Below the pieces are notes generated by a model. It was not told where the DNA came from, did no database searches, and saw nothing but the letters and a program-made list of their open reading frames with translations. Below, piece by piece: positions 57,984-64,000 of a stretch of 64,000 bases of DNA. Origin of the DNA: Candidatus Gottesmanbacteria bacterium. GTDB taxonomy: Bacteria; Patescibacteriota; Microgenomatia; 2-02-FULL-39-11. The translations under genes were made by a program, and so were the position numbers. Position 1 is the stretch's first letter. Each line of letters begins with the position of its first letter. The DNA is taken from the NCBI GenBank assembly GCA_016186795.1, contig JACPKY010000002.1:282593-346592 (forward strand), in the 5' to 3' direction.

Positions 57984-59159
57984 CTACGGAAAAAAACCTT
58001 TAAGTTTGGCTCCACCGCCCTGGCGGAGAATGTCTGATTGAAATGTATATGTAACTCGCTTTCTCCCTTCATGACTTTCCCGGGCAAAGTCAAGGAGAAG
58101 TTCCAACAATTTCGGGAATTCAATTCCACTTGCTTTCCAGAGATGATGGTAGAGAGTACCAGGAAGTGGATTTATTTCGTTTGCAAAAAATACATTTTTC
58201 TTGGCATCGTGCAGAAAGTCAATCCGAGCAATTCCCCGACATTCAAGACAGGCAAAAATCTCCTCCGCGGTCTTTTGAATTTCTTTTGTAATCCTGTCTG
58301 AAACACGAGCAGGTATAATAATATTTCCTTTCGCTTTTCCAAGTTGAGCACCGCCTTTTTTCAAATATTTCTCTTCAAAACTAAAGAATGTGCTTTGAAA
58401 GATTGATTCTTGGAGTTTCGATGCAATGGGTTTCGAATTTCCTATGACACAACAGGTAATATCCACAAGATTGTCAACGCTTTCCTCAACGATGACTTTT
58501 TCGTCGTAATGGAACGCTACTTCAAATGCAAATTCAAGATTTTTCTTCCCTTTAACCTTCTGAATACCGATTGACGAACCAAGTCTTGCGGGTTTTATAA
58601 ATACAGGAAAACGCAGTCTCCTGGACACTTCGGCAAGAATAGATTTTTTCCTACTATTCCAGTCTTTATACAAATAGAAAAGAAATTTCGTTGTCGGAAA
58701 TCCATACATTTGATAATACTGTTTCGTTAATACTTTATCCATGGCAATTGCAGAAGACGCTACCCCACAACCCACATAGGGGATATCAAACATTTCAAAT
58801 AAACCCTGTACAGTACCATCTTCTCCATATGATCCATGAAATGTTGGGAAGGCAAGATCTATTGTAATTTCTTTCCCTCCCACCAGTCCCAATTTGTGAA
58901 AAACAAGCTTTCCTTTTGATTTCTCTAGATCGATAGTAAATTTTCCCAGTCTCTTTTTTACCGAGTCGATCTCACCACTTTGAAATACGGAGAGATTCCC
59001 AAGGAGAGAACCAAGAAACCAGTTTCCATGTTTATCAATGTACACCGGTACAATATTTTTCCCAAGTGCTTTCAGTCCTGCGATAACAAGTTGAGCTGTT
59101 ATGATCGAAACATCATGTTCAGGGCTTCGGCTTCCAAAAAAAACGCCTATATGCTCCAT
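57984..59159 (-). CDS. ddl: D-alanine--D-alanine ligase
   Basis: SPEHDVS, HGSYGEDG, GSSIG, EKY, ARIDF and NEINPLPG. Confidence 0.95.
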   Translation of the reverse strand: MEHIGVFFGSRSPEHDVSIITAQLVIAGLKALGKNIVPVYIDKHGNWFLGSLLGNLSVFQSGEIDSVKKRLGKFTIDLEKSKGKLVFHKLGLVGGKEITIDLAFPTFHGSYGEDGTVQGLFEMFDIPYVGCGVASSAIAMDKVLTKQYYQMYGFPTTKFLFYLYKDWNSRKKSILAEVSRRLRFPVFIKPARLGSSIGIQKVKGKKNLEFAFEVAFHYDEKVIVEESVDNLVDITCCVIGNSKPIASKLQESIFQSTFFSFEEKYLKKGGAQLGKAKGNIIIPARVSDRITKEIQKTAEEIFACLECRGIARIDFLHDAKKNVFFANEINPLPGTLYHHLWKASGIEFPKLLELLLDFARESHEGRKRVTYTFQSDILRQGGGAKLKGFFP

Positions 59160-59187
59160 ATCTCTATTGTATACAAATGAAAGTAAA

Positions 59188-60645
59188 TCACAAATAATTC
59201 TCAGGCCAATCGTTTTGAAAAAGAATCACATCTCCGCTTCGGGAAATATGTTGTATTTCTTGAAAGAGTACGGAGGCATTCTCAAACCAGAGAATTTTTT
59301 TTGTGTCAAATCCGCTTTTTTCAAGGCCTTTGGATATATATGGAGTGACACTGTTTCTCACAAGCAAAACAAGATGAGCAACTTTCCCAAGTTTACGTCC
59401 GATATCCTGATGAACCCGAGTCGACTCTTCTCCTATCTCAACCAATCCCGGAGTAACATAAAGTTTACGGCGCTTTGTAAACTTTTCAAGAGTTTGAATT
59501 GCTTCTTCAACACCGTTAGGATTACCATTATAGCTATCATCAATAATGAGAACATCCCGTTGACTTTGTATTGGCTGTAACCGATGAGGAAAGGGAGAAA
59601 GAGTGCCAATTCCTGCTACTATCTGCGGAAACGTTAAACCAAGCCGCAGTCCAATTTTGGCAGAAGCCCGTATAACACCGAATATGTAATCTCCTAAAAA
59701 TGGAATTTTCATCCGTTTCTTTTGGCCTTGATAAGAAATAGTGAATGACAGACCTGTCCCATCCTGATGGAAATACGTATCTGTAATTCCAACATCACTT
59801 TTCCCGTTTTTATGACTACTATAGAGTTCAATATCGCCATCTTTCACAAACCGCTTGTAGTTTTCCCGTACGTATATATCATCGGCGTTGATAACAATAA
59901 ACCCTTCTTTCTTCTTGTTTTGGACAATCTCAAAAATAGTCTCAGTAGTTACTCTAAGTGACCCAAGTCTTTCTAAATGAGCTTCATTTATTCCAGTAAC
60001 AACGGAAATATCCGGCATGACGATACTACAAATATCTTGAATATCTCCTCTGTAATACTCTCCCATCTCCACAACGAAAACCTGGACATTTTCATGAAGT
60101 TTTTCCAGTATTAACTGGGATATTCCTAAGGGGGTGTTAATATTTTCTGGAGTTTTTAAAACACTCAGCTTCTGAGAAAGAACCGCTGAAATAGCCTCCT
60201 TCATTGTTGTCTTCCCATAACTTCCAGCAATTCCAACAATTACAAGATTTTCGTAGTTTCTCATTTTTTGTTTCGCGCATCGTATAACATACCACTTCAA
60301 TAATCGATCGAGAGGAGAAAGAATTACTATGGAAAAGAGAAGGAAAATAAATGTCCCCCAAAATAGAAATATGCCAATGAAGATGCAGCTTAGTATCCAA
60401 ACAATGACGCTTTCAAATTCTCCCCGTAACCCAATAACTATCATTACGAAGGTTGCAATTTGGAGAATTGCACTAACTGTCACTACGGTTTTCAGCTTTG
60501 ACGTCCAGACTAATTTTGTCCGGAGTTGTTCAAACCGAATTCCACCACTTTTTACGATAATGTTGAAAAATCTGCCTACATCATAGTTTTCCAACTGTAA
60601 GAGGGTTAACTGATAGAAGTAGAGAAAACGAAGTGGGTTACTCAT
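59188..60645 (-). CDS. murF: UDP-MurNAc-tripeptide:D-Ala-D-Ala ligase with N-terminal TM helices
   Basis: GSYGKTT, NINTPLG, VEMG, AHLE, DDSYN and NDWPENY. Confidence 0.88.
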   Translation of the reverse strand: MSNPLRFLYFYQLTLLQLENYDVGRFFNIIVKSGGIRFEQLRTKLVWTSKLKTVVTVSAILQIATFVMIVIGLRGEFESVIVWILSCIFIGIFLFWGTFIFLLFSIVILSPLDRLLKWYVIRCAKQKMRNYENLVIVGIAGSYGKTTMKEAISAVLSQKLSVLKTPENINTPLGISQLILEKLHENVQVFVVEMGEYYRGDIQDICSIVMPDISVVTGINEAHLERLGSLRVTTETIFEIVQNKKKEGFIVINADDIYVRENYKRFVKDGDIELYSSHKNGKSDVGITDTYFHQDGTGLSFTISYQGQKKRMKIPFLGDYIFGVIRASAKIGLRLGLTFPQIVAGIGTLSPFPHRLQPIQSQRDVLIIDDSYNGNPNGVEEAIQTLEKFTKRRKLYVTPGLVEIGEESTRVHQDIGRKLGKVAHLVLLVRNSVTPYISKGLEKSGFDTKKILWFENASVLFQEIQHISRSGDVILFQNDWPENYL

Positions 60646-61405
60646 TCTTTTTTATAAATTTCGTATATGGCTCAGAAAAACTCTCAATATTTTCTAAGAA
60701 AGCAAAATGTCCGCCGGCAGCGATAAGGAGATGGGAGTTTTTTATCTTTTCTTTCATACGAAGGCCCATGGAAAGAGGAGTTTCTTTATCATCTTTCCCC
60801 CAATACAGAAACGTTGGAATGTTTATGCGTGAAAGGTACAATGAAAGATCTTCACCAACTACGCGAAGATACGTCTGCAAAAGTCTTGGTGTTGCAATAT
60901 AATCCTCCTCCCCCATCTTTTTATAGATATTCAAGCGAATCTGTCTCATCGGTCCAATCCGAAAGAAAGGTTTGACTATTTTTGCACCGAAGCCCAATAG
61001 GAATCGAGTGAGACTTGGATCTCGGATTCCAGCACTGTCAACAAGCGTAAGAGTACTTAACCGAAACGAACCTGTTGCCGCAAGCTTTAAGGCAATTCTT
61101 CCACCAAACGAATGTCCAACAAGGTGTACCTTGTCCATCTTCATCTTCCTCATAAATTCCACAACGACATTAACGTAATCGGATATACTAAATGGATTTT
61201 GTGGGTACTCGGAGTTACCAAAACCAGGTAAATCAAGAGCAATCAGTCTTCTTTTTCCTTTCTGAAATTTTGCCATAATCGGATACCAAACTGTTCGATT
61301 CGACCGCCATCCATGAAGAAAAACAACTGCTGGCAATACCGATCTTGCCCAAATCTCAGTGTATGCCAAAACCATCCCTTGAATAACAATTTTCTTCTCT
61401 TCCAT
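60638..61405 (-). CDS. Alpha/beta hydrolase
   Basis: FLHGW, DLPGFG, GHSFGG, WGKDD and GGHF. Confidence 0.9.
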   Translation of the reverse strand: MEEKKIVIQGMVLAYTEIWARSVLPAVVFLHGWRSNRTVWYPIMAKFQKGKRRLIALDLPGFGNSEYPQNPFSISDYVNVVVEFMRKMKMDKVHLVGHSFGGRIALKLAATGSFRLSTLTLVDSAGIRDPSLTRFLLGFGAKIVKPFFRIGPMRQIRLNIYKKMGEEDYIATPRLLQTYLRVVGEDLSLYLSRINIPTFLYWGKDDKETPLSMGLRMKEKIKNSHLLIAAGGHFAFLENIESFSEPYTKFIKKNE

Positions 61406-61433
61406 AGTGTGATTGTATTGAAAGATGCAGTCG

Positions 61434-63257
61434 CTATTTCACCGTGACTGATTTAGCAAGATTCCGTGGTTTATCGGGATCAAGTCCGCGTTTTACCGCC
61501 AAATAATATCCCAGAAGCTGTCCTATGGTTACGGCCGGAATACTTGTTGCAATCCCAACGTCATCAACTGGAATATAGTAATCGAAAACCTCGTGGGGTT
61601 TATAGGAAACTCCTATAATATATCCTCCCCGAGCTTTCATCTCCATAGCTCCCGCGAGATTTGCACCATATGTCTCGTCGTTGGCTAGATATGCTATACA
61701 GGGAGTACCCTTTTCAATAAGAGCAATAACTCCATGCTTCAATTCACCCGCGGCAAACCCTTCCGCATGGATATATGAGGCTTCTTTGATTTTTAGAGCA
61801 GTTTCAAGTGCGAGTGGATACGAAATACCGCGACCGATAACGTATAAATGTTCCTTTCGATAAATCGTATCGACAAGTCGACGGATGTTACGGGTTGAGT
61901 CAGGCTCAAAAATACGCCGGAGTACTAAAGCTGCTTTTTTGAGAGCGTTTCTTCCCTCATCTTCATACCCTGCAATTTTCGATGCCAAAAGTATAAGATA
62001 TGCAAGCTTTGCTGTGAAAGCTTTTGTTGAAACAACAGCGGTTTCTGTCCCAGCTCCTAAAAGAAGGACCTCATCTGCCATTCTATAAAGAGTTGATCCC
62101 ATAACATTCACCATTGCGATAAGTTTTGCGCCTTTCTCTTTTGCTTTTTTAACAGCATCCAAAACATCAATTGTTTCTCCCGACTGAGAAAGCGCAATAA
62201 CAAGGCTTTTGGGGGAGAGGAAATCAAGTAAATACGAAAACTCACTTCCGACGGCAAAATTAATATGACGCTTTGCAATTTTAGAAAAAATATATGTTGC
62301 TGCTAGTCCTGCATACGCTGCTGTACCACATCCGACAATATATGTTCCATATGATTTTATTATAGCCTGAGATACGGTTGCTATCTTTGGATTATTCTCA
62401 ATTGCTATCCGCCCTATTATATCCTTCTGCTCAACAATCTCTTTGAGCATGAAGTGGGGATAATTACCTTTTCTGGTAACAGTTTCTTTCCACGACAAGT
62501 GAGTAAAATGGGGTATTTTTGCTCTTGTTGATGATAAAGCATACAAGGAAATGGAATCTTTCGCTACCTTCACCAGTGTCTCATCTTCCATAAAATGAAC
62601 AGTCCGAGTATACGGAAGAAGTGCATGAGCATCCGATGCAAGGAAATTCTCACCATCCCCTTTCCCAACAACAAGAGGAGAACCATTTTTGGCAGCTAGA
62701 AATACTTCCGACTTCGCGCTTACCACAATAATTGCGTTTGACCCAATAAAGCGGTTGAAGGATTTTCGAACTGCCTCTGTAAGGAGTTCATCGTGTGTTT
62801 TGGTCGCAGAGTATCTTTTTTGCAGTTTCTTAAGCGTTTCTTCTATGAGATGAATTGCTACTTCTGTATCGGTTTCTGAGATAAACCGATGACCAAAATC
62901 CACAAGTTCTCTCTTGATTTCGTCGTAGTTTTCGATTATTCCGTTATGGATAATTGCAAGTGTGCCGGTACAATCGAGATGGGGATGAGCGTTGATATCT
63001 GTCACTCCTCCGTGAGTAGCCCACCTTGTATGACCAAGAGAAATGGTACTTCTGGGAAGATCAGAAACATTCGCATCACCAATTTTTCCCGCTTTTTTCT
63101 TGATGATAATTGTGGCTTGGTTACTACTACTTGTCTTTTTTGCAACCGCTGCGATCCCCCAGGAATCATACCCACGATACTCAAGCGTTTTTAACCCATT
63201 AAAAACTATCTTTGCACTATCATATTTTTTCCCAATATAGCCAAATATTCCGCACAT
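61434..63257 (-). CDS. glmS: Glutamine--fructose-6-phosphate aminotransferase
   Basis: MCGIFG, GHTRWATHG, SQSGET and PRNLAKSVTV. Confidence 0.98.
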   Translation of the reverse strand: MCGIFGYIGKKYDSAKIVFNGLKTLEYRGYDSWGIAAVAKKTSSSNQATIIIKKKAGKIGDANVSDLPRSTISLGHTRWATHGGVTDINAHPHLDCTGTLAIIHNGIIENYDEIKRELVDFGHRFISETDTEVAIHLIEETLKKLQKRYSATKTHDELLTEAVRKSFNRFIGSNAIIVVSAKSEVFLAAKNGSPLVVGKGDGENFLASDAHALLPYTRTVHFMEDETLVKVAKDSISLYALSSTRAKIPHFTHLSWKETVTRKGNYPHFMLKEIVEQKDIIGRIAIENNPKIATVSQAIIKSYGTYIVGCGTAAYAGLAATYIFSKIAKRHINFAVGSEFSYLLDFLSPKSLVIALSQSGETIDVLDAVKKAKEKGAKLIAMVNVMGSTLYRMADEVLLLGAGTETAVVSTKAFTAKLAYLILLASKIAGYEDEGRNALKKAALVLRRIFEPDSTRNIRRLVDTIYRKEHLYVIGRGISYPLALETALKIKEASYIHAEGFAAGELKHGVIALIEKGTPCIAYLANDETYGANLAGAMEMKARGGYIIGVSYKPHEVFDYYIPVDDVGIATSIPAVTIGQLLGYYLAVKRGLDPDKPRNLAKSVTVK

Positions 63258-63260
63258 ACT

Positions 63261-64000
63261 TTAGGAGAAGTGAACCGCATGAATATCTTTTAACCTCACG
63301 GGTTTTTTGTCGGTTACTTTTTTTTCAACAAATGTGGAAGGGAGATGTGCGCAATACACATTTTCTCCTATATCCCGATCAATCAAAACAGCAGATCCTA
63401 TGTGACTATTTTTGCCAATTTTTACCCCTGGCATGAGAGAAGCGTGGATACCAATTCTCACATTTTCTCCAATCGCGGCTCCTAATTTAAGTCTTCCCGT
63501 ATCAACCTTCTTCCCTGAAAGAGTTGAGGAAACTGTTGTTTCATTCAATTTAAAGTTTGCAACTACTGCACCTGCCCCAAGTCCGATATTATGCGAAAGA
63601 ATACTATCTCCAATATAATTTGAGTGAAACCAACAATCGTTTCCAATAGAACTTCGGACAATTTCGGTAGCAAATCCTACAACACAACGGCTGCCAATCA
63701 TTGATTCACGGATAACGGTATTGTTCCCAATAAGCGTCCCTCTGCCAATGTAGGTAGGACCGACAATCTTTGCCCCTTCCAAAATTGTGACACCATCCTC
63801 GATTTGAATCTTCCCAGATAGTGTCACACCTTTTGCAATCTTCACGTTTCCTCCAATTTTCCCAGTATTTCGGGAGAGAAAATAAGAGGAAAGAGAGAGA
63901 CAGTCCCATGGGTATTTCAGATATCCCCAAAAGCTTTTGTAGTGGAGATATTTGAATTCGCTTCCATTCCGTATTAATGTATCGATCGCTCTCTCATAGA
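63261..64000 (-). CDS. Bifunctional sugar-1-phosphate nucleotidyl/acetyltransferase (archaeal-type GlmU-like), 3' part only
   Basis: Frame stays open to the window edge (..W.YLKYPWD..); hexapeptide repeats, HSNYIGDS and GRLKLGAAIG; directly upstream of glmS. Confidence 0.85.
   Translation of the reverse strand, partial: YERAIDTLIRNGSEFKYLHYKSFWGYLKYPWDCLSLSSYFLSRNTGKIGGNVKIAKGVTLSGKIQIEDGVTILEGAKIVGPTYIGRGTLIGNNTVIRESMIGSRCVVGFATEIVRSSIGNDCWFHSNYIGDSILSHNIGLGAGAVVANFKLNETTVSSTLSGKKVDTGRLKLGAAIGENVRIGIHASLMPGVKIGKNSHIGSAVLIDRDIGENVYCAHLPSTFVEKKVTDKKPVRLKDIHAVHFS

Noticed and set aside
57984-59159. Possible D-Ala-D-Lac (vancomycin-resistant) ligase
   Set aside because: The omega loop reads FEEKY, retaining the Tyr typical of D-Ala-D-Ala ligases; no van genes nearby.

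Overview
A gene-dense bacterial chromosome segment (genetic code 11). Gene content, compact intergenics and pervasive apparently leaderless genes suggest a Patescibacteria/CPR organism, probably Microgenomates; this is an inference. (1) 1-11 kb, minus strand: an amide-nitrogen cluster polX-lemA-htpX-murT-gatD-[GAF-ANTAR]-glnA-gatC-gatA-asparaginase-gatB. The glnA leader carries a visible ANTAR dual-hairpin motif overlapping an intrinsic terminator, and the adjacent GAF-ANTAR protein resembles the glutamine-sensing GAF of EI-Ntr. This is my best candidate for an undescribed system. (2) 12.2-21 kb: an AT-richer island after tRNA-Gly(CCC) with tRNA-like remnants, an ACT/DUF2000 pair, an FMN-riboswitch-controlled ribE-ribH-ribBA-ribD operon bracketed by about 65-bp imperfect inverted repeats, and a mer module with an apparently broken ArsR regulator. 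(3) 21-36 kb: pdxST, dinB, tgt, an aquaporin, and a second FMN riboswitch controlling a DMT transporter plus riboflavin kinase. (4) 36-44 kb: surface glycosylation genes. (5) 44-64 kb: lepB, parB, rplU/rpmA, rodA, ileS, the dcw cluster, glmS and a partial glmU-like gene. Four tRNAs were found; no rRNA, CRISPR array, integrase or transposase was seen. All family assignments come from motif recognition, not database searches.
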